Shown here piece after piece: positions 27,089-40,989 of a DNA stretch of 64,000 nt (within the stretch, counting starts at the first letter, position 1; each line of letters opens with the position of its first letter). This DNA comes from Octopus vulgaris (Eukaryota), in assembly GCA_951406725.2 (NCBI GenBank), contig OX597823.1:50344001-50408000 (forward strand), written 5' to 3'. A program made the position numbers and the translations under genes. The notes under the pieces are model-generated. The model had not been told where the DNA came from. It saw nothing but the letters and a program-made list of their open reading frames with translations, and searched no databases.

Positions 27089-28063
27089 GTGCTACCACAT
27101 AGTTTCTATCCAAATTTACTCAAAGTCATTTGTCAATCTGTGTTTATAGCAGAAGAACTTGCCCAAGGTTATGTGCAGTGGTACTGAACCCTGAAGCCAT
27201 GTGGTTGCAAAGTGAACTTCTTAACCATGTGGTTTCATGTTTCTAACAAAAAAATTTTAAATAAAAGAAGGTGGGGGGTCCTATTTTACTTAATGTCTGC
27301 AAAGAGAGCAGTATCATCATCATCATCAGCAGCAGCAGCATCTGAGGAAGGTAGAGTCTATGATTTAACATAAATAAACTGAAGATTAACATCATCATCG
27401 TTTAATGTCCACTTTTACATGCCTGCATGGGCCAGTCAGAATTTGTTAAGGCAGATTTTCTTAAGTTAGGTGCCTTTCCTGTTGCCAACCCTCACCCATT
27501 TCCAAACAAGGTAATATTTTTAACAGAAGCTAGACATGTTTTTGACAGAAAGCTAGAAACAAACCACCTCACTTGTATCTATGCTCACACACAGGTGCTG
27601 ACATAGCCGTGTGGGCAAGCAGTTTGCCTCCCAACCTAATGGTTTTAAGTTCAGTCCCACTGTGTAGCACCTTGGTATCGTCTACTATAGTTTTGGGCCA
27701 ACCATAGCCTTGTCAGTGAACTTGGTCAACAGAAACTCCATCGAGTAAATATGTGTACATGAAAGTACCTGTGTCTTCTAAGATAGGATGGAAGTATATA
27801 CACAAGCACAAGTATGCACGTGTGTGTGTGTATTTATGACAGGATTCTTTCAGCTTCTGTCAACCAAATCCACCCACAGGGCTTTGTTCAGCCAAGGGAT
27901 ATAGAAGACACTTGTGTCTATGGTGCCATGCAATGGGACTGAACTCAAGACCACATGGTTAGGAAGTAAGTTTCTTAACCACACAGCCAGGCCTACCCCT
28001 ATACTTTTAATAGATTGTCTGCAATCTATCAAATGAAAAAAAAAATCATGCTTTGCTACTTAC

Positions 28064-28200
28064 CATGAGATTTTGCATAGGTGGCAGCACCATTATCAGA
28101 GGAGAAAAATACAAATGTGTCTTTAGCTAAGTTGAATTTGGATAAAGTTTTCAAGATACGTCCAACACCATAATCAAGTTCTTTAACAGCATCTCCATAG
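28064..28200 (-). CDS. GALNS: GALNS exon 8
   Basis: cag|(I)YGDAVKELDYGVGRILKTLSKFNLAKDTFVFFSSDNGAATYAKSH(G)|gtaagt; 137 nt; SDNG motif. Confidence 0.97.
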
Positions 28201-28301
28201 CTGCAAATAAGTCCAAGGAGAAGAATGAGTAGGAGATGAAGAAGCAGGAGAAGAAGAAGATGCAAGAAGAGAAGAAGAAATGAGTAAAAGAGAAGAGAAT
28301 A

Positions 28302-28529
28302 TATTTCTTTACTGCCCACAAGGGGCTAAACATAGAGGGGACAAACAAGGACAGACAAAGGGATTAAGTCGATTACGTCAATCCTAGTGCAAAACTGGTA
28401 CTTTATTTATCGACCCCAAAAGGATGAAAGGCAAAGTCGACCTCGGCGGAATTTGAACTCAGAATGTAATAACAGACGAAATACCGCTAAGCATTTCACC
28501 CGGCATGCTAATGTTTCTGCCAGCTCGCC
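28302..28529 (-). mobile_element. Short tRNA-derived SINE with 13 bp TSD; young copy also at about 43945-44178
   Basis: agagaagagaata at 28289-28301 and 28530-28542; minus head ggcgagctggcagaaac...ctgagttcaaattccgccgagg. Confidence 0.9.
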
Positions 28530-29410
28530 AGAGAAGAGAATAGCAAGAATAGCAATTAAATTATTTTCTAAGCTTTTAGTTAGGAGAGGGAAAAGTACCC
28601 TATCTGGCCAGAATGTTTGCAACAGAGTAGATTCCATGAAAGGTACCCAGGTTGCCAGGTGGTGGGATTATATCAGGCATCCAAATAGGCCATAGTGGGA
28701 TTTGAACTCACAACACAAAGAAAACCAGAACAAATACTGCTTAGCATTCAGTCTGATGCCATTGGTACTTTTTAACAACCCTAAGAGAACAAAAGGCAAG
28801 GTTAAGCATTAGAAGGATTTGATCTCAGACTGTAAAGAATTGAAACAAACACTGTGAGACACTCCTAATTCATTGCTTGTTGATATCTTTTGAACAGGTA
28901 GAAAGGATAATCTTTTAGATAGAACATTAGCTTTTCATCTGAATTGGAATGTTAGCATGTCATGAGTGATGTATCCAGAAAACGTATCTGTTGTGCATTC
29001 ATTAACAGTCAGATCTGAACAGTGGAATTGAAGAATAAAGTCTGAGGCCAAGAAATAACAACAAAAACTACCTTAAACTCACAACTCACTGAATTAGCAA
29101 TGCAAAATCTTATCTTGTTAGTCATTTTGTATAGAAATTTCATTTTAGTTCCAGATAAGTAATGATGGTTTATTTTACAAAATTTTCTGTTATTTACCCT
29201 TTTAAGCTTTTACTTGTCTCAGTCATTTGATTGAGGCCATGCTGGAGCACTGCCTTTAGTCGAGCAAATCAACCCCAGGACTTATTTGTAAGCCAAGTAC
29301 TTATTCTCTCGGTCTCTTTTGCCAAACTGCTAAGTGACAGGGACATAAACACACCAGCATCAGTTGTCAAACAATGCTAGGGGGACAAACACAGACACAC
29401 AAACATATAT

Positions 29411-29445
<35 letters not shown>

Positions 29446-30440
29446 CATATATACGACGGGCTTCTTTGAGTTTGTCTATCAAATCCACTTACAAGGCTTT
29501 GGTTGGCCTGAGGCTATAGTAGAAGACACTTGCCCAAGATGCCACGCAGTGGGACTGAACCCAGAACCATGTGGTTGGTAAGCAAGCTACTTACTACACA
29601 GCCACTCCTGTGCCTATCAAAAGTAACTGAAACAAAACCACCATATTTCAACAGAAATTTGATAACAAAAGGGTTAAGCAAAAGCTCAGCTATTTCAGCT
29701 GATTGCTCTCATTGTCTGTATTTCAGTTAGCAGGACAGAACCCAAAGTCTTTCAAGTTCTGGCATTCAACAATGAAGATGAAAGAAAAACAATTAAAGTA
29801 ATGTTGGTCTAAAATTTTGACACAATGCTAGCAATTTCAGGGAGTGGTGTAAAGTTGATTACATTGACCCCAGTGTTCAACTGTTACTTATGTTATTACA
29901 CCCAAAAGGATGGAAAGCAAAGTTGACCTTGGCAGTATTTAAAGCTGACACTCAATTAGCTTCGCTGACTGATAGGTGACGGTTGTTTCGAGAAAGCGTG
30001 GGTTAAGATTATGTGCCTTCGTTGGTCAGTTAAAGTTGAGACAGTGTCACATGACAACTTGCTGGGGCTGCCAGCTGGAGACTAGCAGCAGGTATTTAAA
30101 GGGAAAAAATTTGACAATTCAGTCAGTCGCCCACTGACACTTGTTGACGCTATACCGAAGAGGCCAGGGAACAGAAGAAAGAAGACATGCACCCAACACC
30201 AGAGCTTAAGACACCAGATGTGGGGCCGAAACCAGATGTGGTTCCTTTTGATGATGTCTTGAGCTAACTGGATCCTATAAAGGAGCTGTTGTGGTAGCAG
30301 ACCGCAAAACACGGTTGTAATTCCTCAGACAGATGAAATGCCGCTAAGCATTTTGCCTGGTATGCAAACGATTCTGCTGGCTCACCATTTTATATTTAAG
30401 TAATTTAAAAAAAAACTGTGACAATCACAAATTAACTTAC

Positions 30441-30568
30441 ATTCCACGACGACTGGTTCCAAGAAACTGGGGAGAAGCGTAAACAGGAGTGTGTGTAGCA
30501 TCTACAGCCCAGTATAAGAAAAATGGTAGCTGTTTCTTGGCTTGTGTTTCAATAAATCTTTCTGCTTC
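30441..30568 (-). CDS. GALNS: GALNS exon 7
   Basis: tag|[42 protein letters not shown](I)|gtaagt; 128 nt. Confidence 0.97.
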
Positions 30569-30716
30569 CTATCATAGGAAGAAATCAAAAATGGAAAACA
30601 TGGAAGATTGAGAATGACAATAAACTCAAGGTAAAAACACACAATTTCTCAGAAAGATTAAAAGTTGAAGGATATAAAATCTTTAAAATGGATATAAAAT
30701 TCTAAATCCTAATTAC

Positions 30717-30783
30717 CTTGATATAGATCTGAGTCAGATTTGATTCACCAGTTTTCCTATTTATTTTGAAATCTTCATAATAT
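30717..30783 (-). CDS. GALNS: GALNS exon 6
   Basis: cag|(R)YYEDFKINRKTGESNLTQIYIK|gtaatt; 67 nt. Confidence 0.96.
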
Positions 30784-31484
30784 CTGAAAATAAACAATAT
30801 GTACTATATACAGTTTTATACAAAGTCATTAATAGATCTAAAGAACCACTGACAAAATTTCAGGAAAAAAAAAAAATTTGATGATTAATTTTCAATTCCA
30901 TACTATTAGTAGTATAGACCTAGTTTGCAATCAATAACTAGTTAGCTATAGCTAATTTAGAGCAATAATTGGTCAGCTATAGTTAATTTACCATGAGAAT
31001 CATCGACATTGTTTGCCTTCACTAAGTAATGCTCACAACTGCTACAAGCTTATTCAACTGAAATGAAAACTTAATCGTGGCAATTTTTAATTAGAATTGG
31101 TTCTCCCATTGTTCATAAATAGTTTTCATTTTTTTTTTTTGTGTGTATTTCTTAATTTAGATTTTGCTTCTCTCAGAAATAACTAAGATACCATAAGACT
31201 GCACAAGAAAATTATTTATTTGATGTCTGACATTTCCAATAAGAAACAAACAAATAAATTCTGGGGAAGAATTTAAATAATTACTCACAACATAATGGGA
31301 TACAGTAACTTTCAATTTTATATGTATTTTTTTGTTATTTCTTTTCCATTATTATTCCATTGTTAGAGAAGCTTGTATTCACTGAGTTTAGATTTAGTAT
31401 GTTTCATTAGATAACTGGACATTACATTGATGACTTCAGATAGGTTTATCCAGAATTTCCAATATATAAATTGTGTTAGTGCCA

Positions 31485-31897
31485 GATAAAAAGTACGTGA
31501 TAGTGCCATTTGAAAAGTGCATGTGCTGGCTCTATGTGAAAGGCACCTGTGCAGGCACCATGCGAAGGGTACCAGTGCTGGCACTATTAAAGGCACCTGT
31601 ATTGGTGCTATGTGAGAGGCACCCATGCTAATACCACATGCTAGCACTCATATTGGTTCCATGTGAAAAACACCCATGCTGGCACCATGTGAAAGTGTCC
31701 CATGCCAGTGCTATGTGAAAGGCACCTGTGCCACCACATGAAAAGCACCTGTGCTGACACCACGTGAAAGGCACCCGTGCTGACACCACGTGAAAGGCAC
31801 CAGTGCCAGTGCCACATGAAAGGCACCTGTGCCAGTGTCACATGAAAGGTATCAATGCTGGTGTCATGTGAAGGGTACCTGTGCTGGCACCACGTGT
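31485..31897. repeat. Degenerate minisatellite, ~26 bp unit (gtgctgrcaccaygtgaaaggcacc), about 15-16 copies
   Basis: Adjacent units start at 31751 and 31777; no unique spacers. Confidence 0.85.
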
Positions 31898-32560
31898 GGA
31901 TTTTCATAAACAACAATACCAAAGCTTGACGTGTTACTATGGAAACAGGCACCTATATGTCTGTGGCTTTTGATTAGCTAAAATTGTCCAGAATTTGCAA
32001 ACTTTAAAAGCTATTAAATGCTTATTTATTAATCTATCATGAAAATGAACTTCATGCCAATAATTAGCATACAAAACCACATCAATACATCAAATTTGAA
32101 ATCAACTGGAACAAAGTTGAAGAAATTGAAAAGTGAAAGCCAAACCGGAAATTGAAAAGTGGAAGCCAAACTGAAAAGATCTACATACGCTTCTGATAGG
32201 GCCTTCTATGAACAACAGTTGAGAGAAGAGATAGAAATCTGACTAATATGAACTAAGTTCTTCCCAGAAGTAAAAAATGGGTTTGTATAAACATCGAACT
32301 ATCTAGAAAAAGCAAAATAACAGAAGCATCAAAAACAATTCAAAAACCAACAAAATTTGGGAGAGGAAGACATTTCCTTGGGGAAGGAGGGACACTGAAG
32401 CAGAGGTGAACAAGCAAGGATACAATTGTAAAGAAGCCCAGAGTTGGTGAAAAGGTAGCCCAGAATACTACAATGACAATGATGGTGGTTGTAGAGGTGG
32501 TAATGGTGATTGTTGTTGATAATGTCTATATTATCCAAAGTACTCTTTGTTCTTTTAGAT

Positions 32561-32739
32561 CAGGGATCCCCAAACTTTTTAAACCATCAACCTCTTCATG
32601 GAATCCTTGACACCTCATTGACCCCCAGGCATGTACAAGAAAATAAATAAATAATAATTAAGTAGATATGCATTTATTGACCCCTTGAATAGCCCCATTG
32701 ACCTCCAGGGGTTGATATCGGTCACTTTGGAGACCCCTG
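32561..32739. mobile_element. hAT (Charlie-like) MITE with perfect 8 bp TSD
   Basis: ttttagat|cagggatccccaaa ... tttggagacccctg|ttttagat. Confidence 0.85.
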
Positions 32740-33133
32740 TTTTAGATGGTAGAGTAAAAAAAGTCTGACAGAGATTATGTTACTATTTCTAGCAGGTCAA
32801 GCAACCATGTAAATCTGTGAATATCAGCAATTTTTTACCTGTGGACCCCTTTAATTCTTATTTTAGTCTACTGGACCCACATAGTCATTTGAAGGTTAAA
32901 AAATAATCACATCATATTTTTATAATATTATTAGGAATACACCAGTATGACCTCAGCCCTGGGCTGAAACCAGTAAAAGATAAAAGATAAAATTATATAA
33001 AAAAAAATTGTTAAAATATTTGTGTATTGTAGAAGTATAACTAATTCATTGCAGATAAATTCTAAAGAACAAAATCTGATATGGACCCTGACTGAGAACC
33101 ACTGATGTAGATGCTCCTTTGGTGGCACACTGG

Positions 33134-33167
<34 letters not shown>

Positions 33168-34704
33168 TCTAATGATATTAATGTAATAGTGATGACAATG
33201 GCAATTGCTGCTGTTGCTGCTGCTGATGGTACAAAGAAACAAACTGCCTTGCCAAGTAATCACAAATGATTGTCAGACAGAAAAAAAAAAGGAGATAAAG
33301 AAAGAAAGATAGAGAGACAGTAAGTTGCTGGTTTAATGATAAATGTTAAAGATAAGATGATGTGAAAAGCTACCAATTCTGCATCATTGCTCTTCACATA
33401 GAAATGCCAAACATTTAAGGAAGTTGATGATTAAGATAAAAATAATAATACATCATTTAGATGCAGTCGTGGCTTTGTGGTAAGAAGTTTGCTTTTCAAC
33501 CACATGGTTCCAAGTTTAGTCCCACTGTGTGGCACCTTAGGCAAGTGTCTTCTGCTATTATCTTTTTTATTTATGCGCCCTTTTCAAGCCTAGCCAGGCT
33601 CATGGGCCCGGTTTCCCGGTTTCTGTGGCCTATGTGTTCCCCTCAGCTGGACAGGACGCCAGGAAGAAAAAGTGAGAGAAAGTTGGGGCGAAAGAGTACA
33701 ACAGGGGTCGCCATCCACCCCTGCCAGAGCATCGTGGAGCTTTAGGTGTTTTTGCTCAATAAACACACACAACGCCCCGTCCTGGAATCGAAACCACGAT
33801 CCTCCGACCGCGAGTCCACTGCCTTAACCACTGGGCCATTGCGCCTCCACGTCTTCTGCTATAGCCTCAAGGTAATCCAAGCCTGGTGAGTGAATTTGGT
33901 AGATGGAAACTGAAAGAAGCTCGTCGCATAGATATATGTGTGCGTTTTTCTTCACAATTTCCTGACGACCGGTGTTCATTTGTTTAGCCAAAGAACCCAA
34001 TAGAAAAAACAGTCCTGGGGTCGATTCATTTGACAAAAGCCTTTCAAGGCAGTGCCCCAGCATGGCCACAGTCAGACTGAATAGGTAAAAGGTAGTTATG
34101 TTAAGGATGTACCCCCACCAAAAGTGATCTTTGATGACGAAGAGAACCAACAACAGTTAGTGTTTGTTTAAAACATAAAAACAAGAAGCAAAGCAGATAA
34201 CTCCTGTAATATCAGTTGATTAAAATTATGAAACTATAGATTATGCAGACTTTAGTAGATCTGGTCTTTAAAACCAAATAGTGAAAGTTATGGATGTGTT
34301 TCAGTCTTATTAAACCTCCTTAGTTAATCAAACCGGAACTTATTTGAACAGTGAATTGTGAAGTAGGAAAGCAATTAAACTGTCCAGTTGGTATGTTTTA
34401 ATTACTATAAAGAAAAGGGTCTCTGAATGGTCTCTCCATATGCAAGAAATAATAACCAAATCTCCTTCAAATCATGATCTATCATTTTAGAAAAGGACAC
34501 ATTGGATAACATGATCCTACACACACTGTACCTAAAAAATAAAACAACACAGGATGGTCACAACGACTGGATTAAAGCCTGGGGCTAAACAACAACAACA
34601 GCAATAGTAAAATGTCCATTTTCAGCCATTCCATTGTGCACGTAATTTCCACTTCATACCAAATGTAAAATTATATTAGAATACATATATTTGAATAAAT
34701 TTAC

Positions 34705-34848
34705 CTTCCAGTCATATTCCAGTCTCGATAAACAGGAATATTTGGTGTCTTTATGTTATCATAAGGACCAAAATGGCAGTTAGGGGAGCCAAACCATTCT
34801 TGAAAGCCATGTCTTAGTGGATGGTATTTTTCTTGATGACCCAGGTGC
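34705..34848 (-). CDS. GALNS: GALNS exon 5
   Basis: tag|(W)[47 protein letters not shown](R)|gtaaat; 144 nt. Confidence 0.97.
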
Positions 34849-35089
34849 CTAAAAGATTAAAATGTAATGATTCATTTTTGGAGCAGTAGATCTTGAAGCA
34901 AATAAAGTTATAAATAATAACATGTAAAAATTGGGTTAAAAAACCTGTGCTAATGGAGTAAATAATGTAGTTCTTAGAGCCATTTGGCATCTATTTCTAG
35001 CATGTGGCAATACTCAGTGACCTTATTATAATTATATATTTTGCGTATGTATCTTGTTATCTCCCCTACTTTCCTTCCTGTGTTTGACC

Positions 35090-35301
35090 CTTCTGTCCGG
35101 CACTAGGCGCCATGATAGATCGTTAGCCACTACACACATTTTTTCTCTCCTTGTTTTTTCAGTGTCCCTTTCTGTAGAAGAGCCTAGGCTCGAAACGTAA
35201 AAGACTTTTTCTATTCCTGAGCGTTATACTAATAAATCTGTTTGTTTTGTACACCACCTGTCTTCATCTTTTGTTTTTTTCATAAACTCTCCCTATATAT
35301 A

Positions 35302-35333
<32 letters not shown>

Positions 35334-35510
35334 GCTCAAAAGACAAGGACAGGTGTAGGAACAACAAGCAAGTGTATTAGTTTAACACTCATAGGGAGAA
35401 TGGAAAACTCTTTTACGTTTCGAGTCTGCACTCTTCAACTGAAAGGAATAAGAGGCAAAAAGTGGAGAGAGAGAATGAAAAAAGACGGAGAGAAAAACTG
35501 TGTAGAGTCC
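35090..35510. mobile_element. Tail-to-tail pair of Penelope-like terminal-repeat relics around (TA)n, each with a hammerhead-like motif
   Basis: ctgtaga-a-gagcctaggctc-gaaacgta at 35172-35199 (+) and cagttga-a-gagtgcagactc-gaaacgta at 35414-35441 (-). Confidence 0.55.
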
Positions 35511-35824
35511 AGCAGTCCAACTTGGAATGACACACAAGGAGAAAGAGGGAGAGAGAGAGAGGGACAGATAGAAACAAAAAATGGAAATATATTTATGTGT
35601 GCATCTTTGTGTCTGTGTCCTCCCCCCCTCGTTGCTCGACAACTGATGTTGGTGCGTTTATGTCCCCATAACTTAGTGATTCGGCAAAAGAGATCAATAG
35701 AATAAGTACCAAGCCTACAATGAATAAGTCTTGTGGTCAATTTCATTGGCTAAAAGGTGGTGCTCAAGCATGGCCACAGTCAAATGACAAACAAGTAAAA
35801 GAGTAAAAGAATTAAAGAGTATAC

Positions 35825-35927
35825 CATTTGCCAATAATTTTGCTTTGGTAGCCTTTCTTTTCAAGAAGTTCAGACAATAAGATCTCATGGTCAGAAATGC
35901 CCCCTACAATAATTTGGGGTGTATAAC
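35825..35927 (-). CDS. GALNS: GALNS exon 4
   Basis: cag|(G)[33 protein letters not shown](W)|gtatac; 103 nt. Confidence 0.96.
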
Positions 35928-36816
35928 CTGAAAAGTTGAAAATACACATTGGTTAGTCAGATGGAGATGTGTTCCCTGTATAATCTTGTAATAATTTTGC
36001 TTGTCATTGTATTATTTAGCGTATCAGTAATGCTTTCACATGGTTAGAGAAAAAGAGGGAGGGAGAAGTTTCCATGATGAGAGGTAGAGGGAATGTAATT
36101 GTAACCCTTTCACGTGATTAGTTGAAGGGAATGAGAAGAAAAAGAAGATAAAGTGAAGAGTGAGACAGAAAGAGGGAGAGAGAAGCATCCATGACGTGAA
36201 GTAGGGGGAACATATTTATTATGTAGTTAAAAATGTTAGTTGAAGGTAGAGGAAGAGAGTTGAAAATATAATTTTAGCAGAGGGGTGATGTTCTGATGGG
36301 GAAGTTTAAGAAAGGCAGAGATAGGGGGAGAGAGAGATGGTGGTGGTAGTGGTGGTGACTGGATTGTGAAAAGTGTATCTTTCTTTTTTTAACTGAACTA
36401 AGTTTTTTATATCACCCATCACTTAACACACGTGCATAAGTGCAATTCTGTGAAATATTCACATTTATTTACGTGGAAATTTAACTAAAGGTTGTATCAT
36501 ATGCAATTTAACTAAAAGTTGTATTATATGTACTGGATATTTTATTTTTGTTTATTTCATGAAGTCTATAAAATTGTGCATAAAGTATATAAAGTGTATA
36601 TATTAAGTAATCATTCTATTTCAATTTCTTTCACTTTTCAATGAGTAGCAGATGAGCGACCACCTTTCCATACATACACAACAGGCTACGCTTCCAGGTT
36701 TTTTGGGTAAAGTTTTCAGAAATAACTCAATAGATTTACCATGGATTTCGTGAAATATTCAAGCATCCCACTAGTAAGTATAAAGAGTGTGAAAATAAAT
36801 GTACTTCATGATACTA

Positions 36817-36966
<150 letters not shown>

Positions 36967-37810
36967 TCATCATCATCATCATCATCGTTTAATGTCCGTT
37001 TTCCATGCTAGCATGGGTTGGATGGTTCAACCGGGGTCTGGGAAGCCAGGTGGCTGCACCAGGCTCCAGTCTGATCTGGCAGTATTTCTACAGCTGGATG
37101 CCCTTTCTAACGCCAACCACTCCATGAGTGTAGTGGGTGCTTTTTATGTGCCCCCAGCACAGATGCCAGGGGAGGCTGGCAGCGGCCACGATTAGTTGGT
37201 GCTTTTTATGTGTCACCGGCACGGAAGCCAGTCAACATGAATTTATTTTAATCCTGAAACTGTATTTTAATGTTAGCAACTGTATTTTAATACAGGCTAC
37301 ATATATTAGTCTGAAATTTTGGCAACAGGCCAGCAGTTTTGGGGGAGGGGATAAGTTGATTTCATCAACCCCAGTGCTCAACTGGTACTCATTTTCTCGA
37401 CCCTGAAAGGATGATCTCAGCAGAATTCGAACTCAGAACAAAAAGATGGATGAAATGCTGTTAAGCATTTTGGCCAGCATGCTAGTGATTCCACCAACTC
37501 ACCGCCCCCAGAATGCATATAATATTAATGCTGGTTGGTACATAGTTCCATGTTTATAAATCAATATCTCTTTAACACATCAGACGTTTCTTTTTCTTTT
37601 CATTTTCGCAACCATGTACTTCTGAATTCAGACCAATGGAGTACATACATACATGACTTGAAAAAATTGCATAATTATGGGGAATGAATTTGTTTAAAAC
37701 CTAGCATGGCTGCAGTCCAATAACTGAAACAAGTAAAAGATAAAAGATAGTAAAGATCTAAAAAAAGCAAGGAAAAGATGCATTATGAAGAATCAAATTT
37801 GTTTACTTAC

Positions 37811-37934
37811 AAGGAGAACACAATGGGTTGGCTGAATAAAAGTCTGTCAGCAGCATTCCCTGTGAAGCCATTTCATCAAGGTTGGGGGTCTCTTTGTTGG
37901 GCTCCCCCAAAATTCCTAAGTCTCCCCAACCCAT
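37811..37934 (-). CDS. GALNS: GALNS exon 2
   Basis: cag|[41 protein letters not shown](S)|gtaagt; 124 nt; contains the catalytic Cys of CxPSR. Confidence 0.97.
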
Positions 37935-39711
37935 CTGGAAATAAAAAAAGAAAAGTAATGCATGATATTGAAGGGGAATTCTTTAAAGGATTGGCTTATC
38001 TGGGGCATTATCATTTAATGTCCATTTTCCATGTCTGGCATGGATTGGATGGTTCGACAGGAGCTGGCAAGATCAGGAGTCATACCAGACTCCATTGTCT
38101 GTTCTGGTATGTTCTTGTCTGTTCTACAGCTGGATGCCTTTCTGAATGCCAATCACTTTACAGGGTATACTGGGTGCTTTTTACAATGCACCTGCACTGA
38201 TGCCTTTTATGAAGCACCAGCATTGACAGTATGACCGAGTAACTTTCAAAACAAAGTTCCCTCAGCTCGGAGGAGGGAATAGCAGTGAGGGAGGGGTGGC
38301 TTTATGCCAATTGATTAATGATCAGGGGTATAGAGGGACAGGGGTAGGTATCCTGCAGTATAATAGGGAAAAAAGATTGCTTTCCTGCAGAGTTGTAGCT
38401 GTTGTTTAGCCAGCAAGTCAGTCATCCCCGACTGAGCAGATCTACTAAAAGCATTCCATCTACGACCATATAGTCTTTTGTGGAGGCACATGGCCTAGTG
38501 GTTAGAGCAGTGGACTTGCGGTCGAGGGATCGTGTGTTCGAATCTCAGACCGGGCGATGTGTGTGTTTATGAGTGAAAAAAAAAAGCTCCACACAGCTCT
38601 GGCAGAAGGTAATGGCGAACTTCTGCTGACTCTTTTGCCACAACTTTCTCTCACTCTTTCTTCCTGCATCTTGCATCTCACCTTTGACGGACTGGCGTCC
38701 AGGTGGGGAACCTATACGCCAAGGAAACCAGGAAACTGGCCCTTCTGAGCCAAGCATGGCTCGCGAAGGAACAAATAAACAAACATATAGTCTTTTCATT
38801 TTTTATGGTATAGTGTATATAAGACTACATTATCCAACAAGTCTAATATATCAAAAACGTCCTTATGTCCAATTTTTTCCCAAACCAAGAGTATGTTTGG
38901 GAAGAAATTTGACTTATTTCTAGTGGAAAAATTGATCATGTACAGGTTAACACATCGGTTTGAGATTTTGTTGAGTATTCGGAGTAATTTGCATATAGCC
39001 ATACTTCAAAGTATACTGATGAAATAATTTCAAAGCAGGACTGCTAATAGAACACTTATACAGTGCTCCCACTGTTTATCGCGATGAGTTGCTCTAGCCA
39101 ACCATGACTATTTATAGCTAGATAGATTAAATTAGCAAGAACTGTGCATTTTGTTCATATTAAATGTATTGTCAATGACGTGGTCTGCACCTTTGACATT
39201 TTAGCTAGGATGTTGCCACTAATGACATGACTCTTGAAAGAACAGGAACACCATTCATTAAAGTTAACTTTGTCTGTCTGTCAGTCAGTCTATTTACATA
39301 ATGCATATATGATGATGTGGCTGAGGGTTAAGAAGTTTACTTCTCAACCCTGTGGTCTAGGGTCCAGTCCCACTGCAGGCTATTTGGGCATCTTCTATTT
39401 TAGCCCAAGCCAACCAAAGCCTTCTGAGTGGATTTTGAAGATAGAGATTGAAAAGAAGGCTCTCATATCTATATATGTATGTGTGCAAGTGTGTGTGAAT
39501 ATATATATGTATACACACACATATCCTTTAAGTTCGTTTACGGGAAATGTTTTGGATATGCATTTAAAAGCTATTTCATTATACCGGCTACAGCCTAATG
39601 ATGCCAACTGGCAATACAAATTTTGGGGAAGTCACACCAAGCTGTACCAATATAATGTAGGATAAATATAGTGATAACAATAATAATGCTTGATAGATAT
39701 AGAAAAATTTA

Positions 39712-40236
39712 CCGTAAATCCTCAAGTATAATCCGCATTTTTTCCCCAAAATTTAAAGGTTAAAATCCCTAGTGCATACTATATACGAGGTTAAAAATGA
39801 AAAATACTTTCTAAGCAATGTCCGAGTCTCTATTTGCTGTCCGGCAATGTTTATTCAGACGCATTTTGTGATGTCAGGTGCGAAAATACCTTAAGCTAAG
39901 CCTGAAAGCAATGAAGTCATAAAAGAATCATCCATAACTTGCAGTAAGCAACATATATTAAAATAAAAGTATTCAGAACAAAGAATAACATGTAACAAAA
40001 ACATTTTGCAAACATACTTACATTCTCATATAACAGTTAAGAACATCACTATTATTGTATTACGTATGCGCGGAAGTGTTTATCTGACTAGGTGCTGCTG
40101 GCTTAATTATGTACGACTCAAGTTAGAGAAGGGGTGCATATTATACACAAGGTTTAGGTTTTTCAGAGGTACAGCCCCCTAAAAATCCCCTGCATATTAT
40201 ACTCAAGGGGGGGGGACTATACTCTAAGATTTACGG
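39712..40236. mobile_element. Tc2/pogo-like non-autonomous DNA transposon, TA TSD
   Basis: TA-ccgtaaatcctcaagtataatcc ... ggactatactctaagatttacgg-TA. Confidence 0.75.
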
Positions 40237-40286
40237 TATTTTAATACATATTTTTTATATAAATTCCATCCAAAGATTATTATTAT

Positions 40287-40349
<63 letters not shown>

Positions 40350-40359
40350 TACATATATA

Positions 40360-40551
40360 ACAGGCAAGGGAGGAAAAAATTCCAGTGAATATTAGAAACA
40401 TCTTACCTCTGCTAGGTCAGCACAAGCAATACTGGTCAACTTGGAACTGGTTCTGAAATTAGTGCCAAATAGGTGCCAGTATTGCTTGTGCTGACCTAAC
40501 AGAGCTAAGATGTTTCTAATGTTCACTGGAATTTTTTCCTACCATGCCTGT
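40360..40551. repeat. Palindromic element with ~75 bp arms next to (TA)n/(TAGA)n
   Basis: aggaaaaaattccagtgaatattagaaacatctta...ggtcagcacaagcaatactgg / ccagtattgcttgtgctgacc...taagatgtttctaatgttcactggaattttttcct. Confidence 0.9.
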
Positions 40552-40989
40552 ATTAGATTGGTGGCTATTTGGTGGTACAGAAGTATTTTTGACTTCTATT
40601 TTTACTTACTTTCAGGTGTTTTTAACACCAGGTGCATTGAGAATATATTCTCTAATGCCTAAAATGCAGTCAACCCAAATCTAAAAACAGACACCTTCTG
40701 TATGTGCATTCGATTTTGTTTGTGTGTGTGTATTCTGTAAGGAACGTATTAGAGCTGATTAAATACCTGTCTAAACATACTCCTTCTTGACTATCTATTC
40801 AATTATATATATATGCATACACACATGTACTCACATATACTTATATATGAATACATACGCACAGATATATGTGCCTACACACACACAAGCATGAACATCT
40901 ATGCGGAACTGATGAGAAACCTGCAACTTGTACACATGCTATAGATTTCATTGTTCCTTTTATCATAGATTTACTGTGCTACGTAACAA

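Noticed and set aside
28056-28319. 87 aa ORF with hydrophobic N-terminus as an alternative start
   Set aside because: The Leu-rich part is the (CTT)n-like polypyrimidine tract before exon 8 and the start lies in a SINE tail
31485-31897. CRISPR-like array
   Set aside because: Units are contiguous and degenerate with no unique spacers, there are no cas genes, and the context is a eukaryotic intron; it is a minisatellite
37778-38200. 140 aa plus-strand ORF
   Set aside because: Antisense shadow of GALNS exon 2 running into a SINE; no protein motif
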